Position numbers and translations under genes: made by a program. The notes beneath the pieces are model-generated. The model saw only the letters and a program-made list of their open reading frames with translations, did not search any database and was not told the origin of the DNA. From Spirochaetota bacterium (lineage in GTDB: Bacteria > Spirochaetota > UBA4802 > UBA5550): a stretch of 64,000 bases of DNA. The stretch is from positions 326,706 through 390,705 of the forward strand of contig JBGSUQ010000029.1 of NCBI GenBank assembly GCA_041753395.1, read 5' to 3'. Shown here piece by piece: positions 1 through 9,222 of the stretch (positions within the stretch are counted from its first letter, which is position 1; each line of letters starts with the position of its first letter).

Positions 1-92
1 TCGCTGAGATACCGTTTGTCGGCGCACGACATGAAAAGAAGCGCCGCGCCCATGAAAACCATCATTGCTGAAACACTGATCCTTTTACTCAT
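1..92 (-). CDS. Partial CDS (N-terminal end only; continues beyond window start): predicted lipoprotein, signal peptide MSKRISVSAMMVFMGAALLFMSCADK
   Basis: Reverse-complement of 62-92 reads ATG AGT AAA AGG ... encoding a classic hydrophobic signal peptide with lipobox LFMSC; ORF runs off the window edge. Confidence 0.4.
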   Translation of the reverse strand, partial: MSKRISVSAMMVFMGAALLFMSCADKRYLS

Positions 93-160
93 ATCCAATC
101 CTCATTATCAAAATACACCGTTGCCGGCCACCAGCAGCTGCGCACGGCTGCATAAAATTC

Positions 161-3085
161 TCAACTGCCCTTGATCACCTTGGCAAGCTCTATGGAGAGC
201 TGTTCAATGGTATAGGGCTTCTGAAGAAAGCCCCGGGCCCCCATCTTGAGCACCTCGTCGATACGCGAGTCGTTTCTAAACCCGGACGAGACAAGGACCC
301 TGACATCGGGGTCCATTTTCTTCAGCTCGATAAAGGTCTCCTTGCCGGACCGTTTCGGCATCACCATATCCAGGATCACGGCATCGATCTCATGGCGGCG
401 CTCGCGGAAGACCTCTATTCCGCGAAGCCCGTTCTCGGCAATCAAAACTTCATATCCGAGGAGACGCAGTATCTTCCGGGACGTTTTCTGGATGGTGACG
501 TCATCCTCGATCATGAGGATCCTGCCCTCGCCCATCCTGTGCTCCGGTTGCGGTTGGACATTTTCCTGATGGAGGGCGGCGTCCTTCGCGGATGGGATGT
601 AAACATTAAAGGTTGTACCGGACCCCGCCTCCGAGTAGACGTCGATGAAGCCGTTGTGCTGCTTTATAATATTGTACACCATGGCCAGGCCGAGGCCGGT
701 CCCCCGGTGCTTTTCCTTAGTCGTAAAAAAGGGATCGAACACGCGCTCCTTCGTGTAGTCGTTCATGCCGACGCCGGTATCGCTGACGCGGAGGCACATG
801 TACTCGTGCTCTGATGCGTCGGGATACTTCAGTATGAACTCGCGGCCCGGCGGCACACGGTGTATGCTGACTGACAGTATGCCCCGGTGCTCATCGCCCG
901 GGGGCCTCATGATGGTCATGGCGTCATGGGCGTTGATGCAGAGGTTCAGTACCACCTGCTCCAGCTGCGTCGCGTCACCCAGTACCGTGATGGCATTCTT
1001 TTTATCGTACCTGAAATCGAGTTCGATCTTCTTGTCGAAGGTATTCTTGCATATCTCGAAGACATGGTCCACAATTTTACATAAGTCGGTGACCTCCAGG
1101 GTGAGCCGCTGCTTCCTCGATATGCTGAGAATCTGTTCGACCATTTTCATTCCCCGCTCCGCTGAAATCTTAATGGTGCTGATTTCATCCTCAAGCTCGG
1201 TGGGGCTGGCCACCGTGCCGTTCTTTATCTTGAACTCGACAAGGGACACGCTGCCGATAATGCCGCCCAGGATGTTATTAAAATCATGGGCTATGCCTCC
1301 GGCGAGACTCCCGATAATCTCCATTTTCTGCGACTGTATGAGACGCTGTTCGAGACGGATTTTTTCCGTGACGTCCCGAATAATGCCGCGCATTCCGGCG
1401 ATCGATCCGGCGGAGGTGATCACGGCGACATTGTTTTCACCCGAGATAAAACTTCCGTCACGGCGCTTCACCCCGTGCGTGATGATGGTGATTGACATGC
1501 CGTCATCCTGCTTTGCCAGCGTGCCCCTGAGCACATCATAATCATCAGGATCCATCAATTCGCTCATAGGAAGCCCCCGGGCCAGGTCGTCCGGAGCATA
1601 CCCGGTGAGGGCAAAGCCGGCCTCGTTCAGGTAGATTATGTTCATATTCATGTCGGCTTCATAAATAATATCGGGGAGCAGCGCCGTGAGCTCCCGGTAT
1701 TTTTTCTCCGAGCGCTGGATCTCCAGGTTGCGGTCTTTCAGGTCGGAAACCATGTAGTTGAACTGGTGCGCGATATACCCTATCTCATCAAGGGACGTTA
1801 CGTCGATCCGGTAATCCAGATTCCCTTTCTGCAATTCCTCGATGCCGTCCAGAAGGCTCTGGAGCGGCTTGATCAGGCTGATCCTGACCATAAAGCGGAG
1901 GAGAAAGAAAAGAGCTGCCACGGTTGCCAGTGCCCCGAAAAAGACGACCGACAGCAGGTTATGGAGATATATGCGGTATGCGAGATAGGGGAACCCCACC
2001 TGCACGATATGGGGGCCGTGACGCATGGTAAAAAACAGGTAGACCTTCTTCCCTTTCAGTCGAAAATCATGACGGACCTTCCCTTCGGTCGCATCCGAAG
2101 CGAGCATGACGAACTGCGGCTGGCTGCCGATGAGATAGCTCTCTTCATTGGTGCTCAAATCTTTCAGGGTTATGAACTCAATGACCCCCCGGTATCGCCG
2201 GGAATAGTATTCCGGGTCCTTGCTGTATGTGTTCACGTCAATGTCTATCCGCCGTGCGATGCCATCCATGTTGTCATAATATGCATGACGATACACCATG
2301 AAGGTAAAGGAGGATATAACGCCGATAATTATTATCACCATAAACAGGATAACCAAGCGTGTCTTGTCAGAATAAAAAAACCTGATTTTGGCATGGTCGA
2401 TATAGGCCCAGAAGAAATATACGACAATGATGCTGGCGAAAAACGTAAGTAATGTGTTTACCACGTTTTCATCATAGTGAAACAGCTTGATGATAAAATA
2501 GGTTACCGGCACCGACAGCAGCCCCAGCAGAACGGTAACGGTGATCTTTGAGGCGAAGCGTTTTGCTTCGCCTTCGAGAATAACGGACTTGTAAGCCAGG
2601 TTTTTTAATGCCACCAGCGACAGAACAACCTGGGCGATAATGATGTAATTCCTGAGGCCGGAAGGTGTTATAACATAGACGTCCTGAGCGGGATTGAAGT
2701 TCAACTGTACCGGCATCGGCAATATGACAAAAAGAGCATAGAGCAGGATGATAAAAAAGGCCCCGAGTCCAAGGATAAAAACCAGGTTCCTTTCACGCTC
2801 AAATACCGGCTCTATAAAATAATAGGAGAATATCGCGAGTCCCAGGTACCCGCAGATGGTGAAGCCCGAGTTGAGAAAATAATAAAGCGGATATGCGGCG
2901 GAGGGATGAAACACCGAATTGTTCACCAGCAGGCTCATCTGCCACAGTAAAATCATGATTATGAAGATCTGGAGGGAAAAGAACTCCCAGTTTTTTTCAG
3001 CGCGGGTGAAAAAATACGCGGACATTATCAATACGAGTATTGAAAGCAGGAGATTGTTTATCGATACTATATTAAGAAGCCACAC
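161..3085 (-). CDS. Hybrid sensor histidine kinase / response regulator (N-terminal multi-TM sensor, HAMP, PAS, HisKA, HATPase_c, C-terminal REC)
   Basis: 974-aa ORF. About 7 N-terminal TM helices. HisKA H-box 'AHDFNNILGGI'. HATPase_c G-boxes 'DTGVGM...GTGLGL'. C-terminal receiver 'ILMIEDD...DAVILDMVMP...K'. GTG start preceded by GGGAGGGG SD. Confidence 0.9.
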   Translation of the reverse strand: MWLLNIVSINNLLLSILVLIMSAYFFTRAEKNWEFFSLQIFIIMILLWQMSLLVNNSVFHPSAAYPLYYFLNSGFTICGYLGLAIFSYYFIEPVFERERNLVFILGLGAFFIILLYALFVILPMPVQLNFNPAQDVYVITPSGLRNYIIIAQVVLSLVALKNLAYKSVILEGEAKRFASKITVTVLLGLLSVPVTYFIIKLFHYDENVVNTLLTFFASIIVVYFFWAYIDHAKIRFFYSDKTRLVILFMVIIIIGVISSFTFMVYRHAYYDNMDGIARRIDIDVNTYSKDPEYYSRRYRGVIEFITLKDLSTNEESYLIGSQPQFVMLASDATEGKVRHDFRLKGKKVYLFFTMRHGPHIVQVGFPYLAYRIYLHNLLSVVFFGALATVAALFFLLRFMVRISLIKPLQSLLDGIEELQKGNLDYRIDVTSLDEIGYIAHQFNYMVSDLKDRNLEIQRSEKKYRELTALLPDIIYEADMNMNIIYLNEAGFALTGYAPDDLARGLPMSELMDPDDYDVLRGTLAKQDDGMSITIITHGVKRRDGSFISGENNVAVITSAGSIAGMRGIIRDVTEKIRLEQRLIQSQKMEIIGSLAGGIAHDFNNILGGIIGSVSLVEFKIKNGTVASPTELEDEISTIKISAERGMKMVEQILSISRKQRLTLEVTDLCKIVDHVFEICKNTFDKKIELDFRYDKKNAITVLGDATQLEQVVLNLCINAHDAMTIMRPPGDEHRGILSVSIHRVPPGREFILKYPDASEHEYMCLRVSDTGVGMNDYTKERVFDPFFTTKEKHRGTGLGLAMVYNIIKQHNGFIDVYSEAGSGTTFNVYIPSAKDAALHQENVQPQPEHRMGEGRILMIEDDVTIQKTSRKILRLLGYEVLIAENGLRGIEVFRERRHEIDAVILDMVMPKRSGKETFIELKKMDPDVRVLVSSGFRNDSRIDEVLKMGARGFLQKPYTIEQLSIELAKVIKGS

Positions 3086-3140
3086 ACGCCGTACCCGCCC
3101 CTCCCATATACAATCATACTGTTCAAGCCCGGAAACAGTG

Positions 3141-4358
3141 TCAATACATAAGTTTTATGCTTCGCTTTTTATCATCCCGCCGGCCACTGCCGGACCCGGT
3201 CTCCGGCTTCTTTTTTCCCTGCATGGTAAGTCTTTTTTCTGTAACGGGCCCGACGACTCCGAAGCGATTCATGATCCTGGCCCGCAAAATATTTTCCCCC
3301 GGCTCAAGGTTCCATGTGAACCGGTCCCCGGTCACCTTCCAGTCGGCGCCGTTTAATTTGACAAGGTATTCCATGAAATTGGGGGTATAATTATTATTTC
3401 CGAAGGCGTTGAGTCTCACCTCTACGGTTTTTACACGCCGGCCCGCCTGTTTTCCGGCCTGCCCCCCGATGTGAACATCAACCCTGTTGAGATCGTAAAA
3501 AAGGGCTTTTGATGAATACCCTGTGCTTTTGGAAAAATATGTTCTGAACCTGTCCTTCCATGATCCTTTCGTCTTCAGCACGTAGATGGGGTCCCATGCG
3601 TTTGATCCGTTGCGATTGCAGCATGAAAAAAAGTCGTTTCTGCCCAGAATGGCTACTTCATTAAAGTAACGTATCCATCCGCGGTCCAGGGGTATCAGTC
3701 TCCATATTTTACTGTCATTCCGCCTGACGGGAAGGTCCCGCGCCGCGTAGCGTCTCTCGTTTTTTCCGGCCCCGAAAACATAGACGATGTCCCGGCCATT
3801 GTTCCCGAGCCATTCGCGCCGGATTTCGTCAATCGACAGCGGCACGCCGCGGTGCTCCATGTGGATGTTCCAGGTAGGGTCCATGTAAACCCATTTCCGA
3901 TACTGATTCGACCAGATGTCATTGCCCGCGTGTTCATCCCCTACCCGTTTTTTTAAAATAACCTGCCGCGACGTCCAGCCCATGCTCACGGCGGTCTGCA
4001 CAAAGACTGTTGATATGCTCGTACAGATGAAGGCTTCCTTCCTGCCCGCCCTCCTGAGAATCCGGATCGAGTCGCGCAATTCCGAATCGGCGAAATTCAA
4101 ATCATAGGGGATGCGGGTATAGACCCAATTTTTCAGCAGGGCCATCTCCTGGAATTCAGTCAGGCCGGCGGATACATGGGAGCTGAAATCGAACTCTCGG
4201 AGAAGCTGGTCAACCCGGGGCTCATCTGATGACTCATGGTAGAAAGCCACCGGACGAGACTGCATGTCGGCGGCCCTGGCCCGGCCGCCATGTTCAGGGG
4301 AGACGGCGGCTGCGATGACAAGAACCGCCGGGACGATTGACAGAATTCGTTTTTTCAT
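3141..4358 (-). CDS. Secreted transglutaminase-like (TGc) cysteine protease superfamily protein, catalytic triad intact
   Basis: N-terminal signal peptide (MKKRILSIVPAVLVIAAAVS). Core 'FICTSISTVFVQTAVSMGW...EHAGNDIW...WVYMDPTW' matches the TGase core Cys / His / Asp arrangement. Confidence 0.7.
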   Translation of the reverse strand: MKKRILSIVPAVLVIAAAVSPEHGGRARAADMQSRPVAFYHESSDEPRVDQLLREFDFSSHVSAGLTEFQEMALLKNWVYTRIPYDLNFADSELRDSIRILRRAGRKEAFICTSISTVFVQTAVSMGWTSRQVILKKRVGDEHAGNDIWSNQYRKWVYMDPTWNIHMEHRGVPLSIDEIRREWLGNNGRDIVYVFGAGKNERRYAARDLPVRRNDSKIWRLIPLDRGWIRYFNEVAILGRNDFFSCCNRNGSNAWDPIYVLKTKGSWKDRFRTYFSKSTGYSSKALFYDLNRVDVHIGGQAGKQAGRRVKTVEVRLNAFGNNNYTPNFMEYLVKLNGADWKVTGDRFTWNLEPGENILRARIMNRFGVVGPVTEKRLTMQGKKKPETGSGSGRRDDKKRSIKLMY

Positions 4359-4404
4359 TCAGGAGACTTTTTAAAACAGCATCCCCGTCTGTCATCTATT
4401 TTTT

Positions 4405-6192
4405 TTATTCCCTGAGGTCCTGGACCTTAATCTGCACGGGCCCCGGCGCCACATCGGCCTGCTTCCGCTGATCAACGCTGGACCACCGGCAGGCCCTGGA
4501 CCATTCGGACTCTGTAAAAACAGTGGCGTAATCAATGTTGTCGAAATCGCCTTCCAGCGTGATGAAAAAACCATTAGGCCGACAGGCGAAGTATTCACGG
4601 GAATGGCCGTAGTCCCTGCCGATGCCGATATCGATCCATCCGCTTCCCGGCAGGTATACCTGGTTCCAGGTCATCTTGTAGTCCGATTCCCGTTCTTTCG
4701 GGATCCCATCAAGGAGGAGCCCCCCGGCCGCCCTGGCCGGAATCCCCAGGTGGCGGGAGATCGCAGCGAAGCCCACCGTCTGGCCATAGGCATCCCCCCT
4801 GCCCCGGAAAAGGTAATCACTGGCCTTTACCCAGCGGTCGCTGTAGCCGCTAAACCTGATGGCACCGTTCACGTAATCACGGATCGCCAGTATCCGCGCG
4901 AGGCCCGGGCCTTCTGTACTGATCCGCGACGAGTGCGACTTGATGATATAGTTCGAAATGTCAAAGACGCCGGTCTCCCTGAGAAAGGATTTTCGCACCT
5001 CTTCGGGTACGTCGCCGGGGTTCAGGACACGGTCCCGCTCGATGGTGTAGGCCACAGCTGCCGTGATGATGTCGAACTTCATGACCGCCCGGACGCTCCC
5101 TGAAACGCGGTCCCACCGCAACCGGGCCCACCGGTTGCCGAATCGGTCAGCGGTTATCTCCCGCGGCTGCGGTTCTATGGACACCTTCCTGACGTTCTGG
5201 AAGCGGCGGTTCATCGGATAGGGAAGCCAGAGATCGACATTGTAGAGGTACTGGTTCCTGCTGTTCACCGGAAAAATCAGTTCGACACTCTGCACGCGGG
5301 GAGCGGCAAGGACCATGTTGCCGTCCGCCATGACCACAACGGGTGAAACCATGGCTCCGGAAGAACGCTTCTCCAGCAGATACAGTCGCCTGCCGTCGCT
5401 GGTCATCGCGGCCGTTTCGGTATTAACAAAGGAGAGCTTCTTGATAAGCTTGCCATCGGGTCCCATGACCAGGAGCCAGTTGCTGGAATAGGTGTCAAAT
5501 TCACTGATACTGGCAATGATATGCCCCTGGTAAAAGGCCACCCCGCTGATAACGCCGTGATAGGATCCTATTTTTCTCATGGCCCGGCTCTGCCGGTTGA
5601 ACAGGTACAGGTATGATTCGTCGCCGGAGCGCGTGTAAAACACAAAGCTGTCGCCGGCGCAGGCAAGACCCCGGACATCGCCTTCCGGGAGGGACCTGAC
5701 TGCAATATCCCCTGAGCCCCGGCCGGACAGGTTCAGTTTCCTGATGAAGTATTTTTCCGACCTGCTGATGATCCACAGGTACTGCCCGTCGCAGGTCATG
5801 CCCTCGGCTTCCTGCCGTCCGATGCCCCAGATTGACTCGATCCTGCCGGAGCCCCTTCTGATGGTGAAGACGGCATCGGTGATGAGGTTGAAATTCTTAA
5901 CCAGGAGGTAGATGTATTCCCCCTGGACCGCGATATCGCGGATGTTGCCCGTTATGGGATTGATCCTGACGGAGGCAATGTCATTGTTGAAGAGCTGGCG
6001 AATGCAGAGGTCGCCGCACTCTTTCCATTCTAGGGCTGGATCAGGAGGCTTCGGCTTTTCCTGCCTTACTTTTACGTACCGCGGCCTGGAGTAACGGGGG
6101 CGCTGTTTCTTCGCCGGTTTCGAGAGCAGGCCCTGGTCCAGGAACAGGGATACTAATATAAAGAGGATTAATAATACACGGGACCGGGCCAT
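4405..6192 (-). CDS. Secreted protein with beta-propeller-like N-terminal region and C-terminal degenerate transglutaminase-like domain (Cys and His replaced)
   Basis: Signal peptide (MARSRVLLILFILVSLFL). C-terminal 'GFAAISRHLGIPARAAGG...TWNQVYLPGSGWIDIG' aligns to the TGase core (RxxGIPAR ... GWxxxD) but lacks the nucleophile Cys and the His. Confidence 0.6.
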   Translation of the reverse strand: MARSRVLLILFILVSLFLDQGLLSKPAKKQRPRYSRPRYVKVRQEKPKPPDPALEWKECGDLCIRQLFNNDIASVRINPITGNIRDIAVQGEYIYLLVKNFNLITDAVFTIRRGSGRIESIWGIGRQEAEGMTCDGQYLWIISRSEKYFIRKLNLSGRGSGDIAVRSLPEGDVRGLACAGDSFVFYTRSGDESYLYLFNRQSRAMRKIGSYHGVISGVAFYQGHIIASISEFDTYSSNWLLVMGPDGKLIKKLSFVNTETAAMTSDGRRLYLLEKRSSGAMVSPVVVMADGNMVLAAPRVQSVELIFPVNSRNQYLYNVDLWLPYPMNRRFQNVRKVSIEPQPREITADRFGNRWARLRWDRVSGSVRAVMKFDIITAAVAYTIERDRVLNPGDVPEEVRKSFLRETGVFDISNYIIKSHSSRISTEGPGLARILAIRDYVNGAIRFSGYSDRWVKASDYLFRGRGDAYGQTVGFAAISRHLGIPARAAGGLLLDGIPKERESDYKMTWNQVYLPGSGWIDIGIGRDYGHSREYFACRPNGFFITLEGDFDNIDYATVFTESEWSRACRWSSVDQRKQADVAPGPVQIKVQDLRE

Positions 6193-6233
6193 TTTCTATC
6201 TCGGGAAATAATAATTTTAATACGTTGATACTG

Positions 6234-6740
6234 TTATTTAAACTTGAAATTGTTGATAACCGAATTCGCCTGGTTGAACACTTCCTCAGGCGCCTCTTTG
6301 GTCGCCAGTGCCTCAATGACGATAAAGGTGCCCTTCTTCACGAAGACGAAGGCGCGATATGAAATCCGGGCGCCATCGGCGCGCTCCCTGACAAGTTGCA
6401 TCTTGGCGACGGAGTCAGCCCCAAATCGGTCCTTCATCTTCGACACATCCGCAGGTGGATTGACGATACTGACATACTTTATCTTCTTCAGCTGGTTCTG
6501 TGCTATCTGCAAGGCGTCCAGATTGTTTTTGTTGGCGAATTCGTATATTATGACATGAACGGTATTGTCCGGGGAAGTTGCAGTCACGACAGCCTCTTTG
6601 TTTGATTCCACCTTCCATCCTTCCGGCATGGCATAGGTAAAGGACGGTTCCGCCAAGACTGGTGATCCGATAGTGAGCAGGAAGAAGCCTAAAGCCGCGG
6701 CAACAAGGATCAATGACAAATCTGTTCTAATATTTTTCAT
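6234..6740 (-). CDS. Small secreted hypothetical protein (168 aa)
   Basis: Signal peptide with AEP cleavage context. No recognisable catalytic motif. Coding-like composition. Confidence 0.55.
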   Translation of the reverse strand: MKNIRTDLSLILVAAALGFFLLTIGSPVLAEPSFTYAMPEGWKVESNKEAVVTATSPDNTVHVIIYEFANKNNLDALQIAQNQLKKIKYVSIVNPPADVSKMKDRFGADSVAKMQLVRERADGARISYRAFVFVKKGTFIVIEALATKEAPEEVFNQANSVINNFKFK

Positions 6741-7007
6741 CTGCAGCCTCCATCATCATTAATTAGTATCTTCAAAGGAATGACAATGCGAAGGCATCAT
6801 TATTCCGCGCGGGAAAGAAGGCATCAAGCGGTGTAACAGTACAAAGAGTTGATAAAAGTTCAAGCATTTTATTCTTACATTTTTCAGGATAAGTATTTTC
6901 CTGGAATTCTCCGGAAATTTGAATCGGGCTCACTGAAGAGTTTATCATCCGCAGATCCCGCAAGATTCATCCTCAATGGCCCGGTGCAGGTCGGGCAGAC
7001 TTACGCA

Positions 7008-7643
7008 CTATTTCTGCCCATATATAGCCAGGTACTGATCTTTGATAAAATCATTATAATAATTTACTAATTTTAATCCTGATTTTTCCATCCATACCGT
7101 AAGGTCTTTATCTGTAAATTTATTTGACATTGGAGGCCAATTTTCAATAAAGCTTATAACAGCTATTTTGCCGTTCTTATTTAAATAGCCAGACAATTTA
7201 TTAATATATTTTTCCTGATTGTTTATATAGTGCAGGGTATCACAAATAAAAATTAGATTTACAGGCTCTGGAATTTTAGGGTCGTCTTCACTTGCCAATA
7301 TAGTTCTTATGTTTTGAATATTATCTTTTATATTAGTTTTATCAATATGTTTAAGGAGCTCTTTATTGATATCAACTGAATATACTTTTCCTTCAGATGC
7401 TACTAATATAGATAATTTTCTAGAAAATAAACCAGAACCAGCGCCAATATCAGCAATAATATCGCCTTTTTTGATATTTAACCTTGCGGTGATCTGATCA
7501 ATATTCATGCGTTTTATTCGATCATCGCTTTCCATGTGATCAATATAAAACATCGATTTAATCTTTTCTTTAAAAATTGTTAATGATAAAACTGCAGTGA
7601 CAACAGTAACCGACAATGTAATCAAGATAATCAAGCGACTCAT
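7008..7643 (-). CDS. Membrane-anchored class I SAM-dependent methyltransferase
   Basis: N-terminal TM helix. Motif I 'DIGAGSGLFS'. Downstream acidic 'YSVDIN' motif II. Lies in the AT-rich island. Confidence 0.8.
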   Translation of the reverse strand: MSRLIILITLSVTVVTAVLSLTIFKEKIKSMFYIDHMESDDRIKRMNIDQITARLNIKKGDIIADIGAGSGLFSRKLSILVASEGKVYSVDINKELLKHIDKTNIKDNIQNIRTILASEDDPKIPEPVNLIFICDTLHYINNQEKYINKLSGYLNKNGKIAVISFIENWPPMSNKFTDKDLTVWMEKSGLKLVNYYNDFIKDQYLAIYGQK

Positions 7644-7818
7644 ATTAATCCTCCATAATTATTGGTCGTCGCGACTCAATATCGCAACAGGTTCAATATA
7701 AAGCGCTATTGTAACTTTATTATTTCCCGAATGTAACAAAATGTAACGTGTGGTATTCCGGGAATTTTCCCGGGGAATATTTCGGTAGGCCCATGCCGCG
7801 TTGGGCGCTGTTGCGCAA

Positions 7819-8604
7819 TCAAGACAGGGTAACACCTTCCCCGATATTTACAAGTTTCACATTATGATAATTTTTAAATGTATCACTGTTTATTGCTTCA
7901 GAATAATGAGAAAATGTCCCCCAGTGAACGGGAATCAATACTCCGGGATGCAATTCGGTAATCATCCTTTTTATATCATTACTATTATTGGTAATCCTTC
8001 CAATGATTCGTGATAACAATGATTTCCCGACCATCGCCGCGCCGGCATTGGCAATAATTAAATCAATATTTGAACTGCCGAGATAGTTACGTGTCCCCTG
8101 GCTGTAAACTGAATCACCGGTGATATATACTGAATAGTCAAACTTACCTTTACTTATTTCAAGAAGATATCCGTTCCCGTTTCCAATTTGATTGCCCAGC
8201 AACTTATTCCTTGCATGTATTGCCGGCACAGCTTTAACGGCGACACTAATGCCGGAAAATGAAAACGCGGTATTTTGATTCCATTTAAGAAACTGAACAT
8301 TCTTATATATATCCTTTTTGAGATATGATTTTAAGCTTTCATGAGATACGATAGAAGCGTTTGTATCTATCATTTTTATTCCATATTTATCAATATGATC
8401 CTCATGGTTGTGAGTTAGAAGCCAAAGATTCACATTCCGCAGCTCGCTTTCATCAAATACGGGAGCGTTTAATCTTTTTGTTTTAAAATATTTATAATCT
8501 TGTATATGGTCTTTTGGACACAGGACCGGATCACATGCAATTTTAATCGTGTCAATCTGCATTATCCATGTTGCTCCGCCAATCCATTTAAAGCTGATCT
8601 TCAT
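7819..8604 (-). CDS. MBL-fold metallo-hydrolase
   Basis: HxHxDH zinc motif 'LLTHNHEDHID', plus downstream His/Asp ligands ('HARN', 'GDS', 'VHWGTFSH'). Confidence 0.8.
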   Translation of the reverse strand: MKISFKWIGGATWIMQIDTIKIACDPVLCPKDHIQDYKYFKTKRLNAPVFDESELRNVNLWLLTHNHEDHIDKYGIKMIDTNASIVSHESLKSYLKKDIYKNVQFLKWNQNTAFSFSGISVAVKAVPAIHARNKLLGNQIGNGNGYLLEISKGKFDYSVYITGDSVYSQGTRNYLGSSNIDLIIANAGAAMVGKSLLSRIIGRITNNSNDIKRMITELHPGVLIPVHWGTFSHYSEAINSDTFKNYHNVKLVNIGEGVTLS

Positions 8605-8736
8605 AAGGGCGCCCCGCTTTTAATATATTTATTTAAATAAAGAATATTATGAAAAATTCTATTCTCAAATTTTTCCTCAGCCGCCGTTGGGGGCGGAGGA
8701 AAACGTAGCTGCTTATTGATTTTCGCAACAAGTCTA

Positions 8737-9144
8737 TTATAAATCTTTTAACCAAGTATATAAATCAGAATAGGTATGAACTATACAATGAACACTCCAA
8801 ACATAAATTCCAATGTCATCAGGCTCATTAAAATTAAAGCCATATATATCACCATCAATATAATAAATTGGCAATAAATCACCCCAGAATTTACAACCAT
8901 CTTTCGGATGAACTTTACCTGCTATTGCTTTTTCATAATCAGACCATTGTTCATTCCCAATTTTTGTATTTATTGATATAAGTGTCTCTAAATCAGTTAT
9001 AAATTGGCCTTTTGATAAATTCGGGAAAATCTCTACTATATTAGTATCAACATACTTGCTGCAGAATTCTTTAAATACTTGCGGATAAGAAACAGAAAAT
9101 GTCTTTTCTACTTCAAAAAGAAATTGAATTGTTGGAACTGCCAT
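8737..9144 (-). CDS. SMI1/KNR4 (SUKH-1) family immunity-like protein
   Basis: 135 aa. N-terminal 'SYPQVFKEF' and C-terminal 'LLPIYYIDGDIYGFNFNEPDDIGIYVWSVH' match the SUKH signature (LP.dYkeFl ... pfa.dg.Gd.ycfd ... vy.w.He). Confidence 0.55.
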   Translation of the reverse strand: MAVPTIQFLFEVEKTFSVSYPQVFKEFCSKYVDTNIVEIFPNLSKGQFITDLETLISINTKIGNEQWSDYEKAIAGKVHPKDGCKFWGDLLPIYYIDGDIYGFNFNEPDDIGIYVWSVHCIVHTYSDLYTWLKDL

Positions 9145-9222
9145 ATTTTATCCTGACATTATAAGATGAATATCATTCTTTCGCATGAACAGGGTGATTT
9201 CCATGAAACGCATTGTTGCTAT

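Noticed and set aside
246-2452. Several plus-strand ORFs (246-569, 392-814, 765-1541, 1766-2452) opposite the hybrid histidine kinase
   Set aside because: The minus-strand frame encodes an uninterrupted, motif-complete 974-aa kinase. The plus-strand frames are antisense artefacts.
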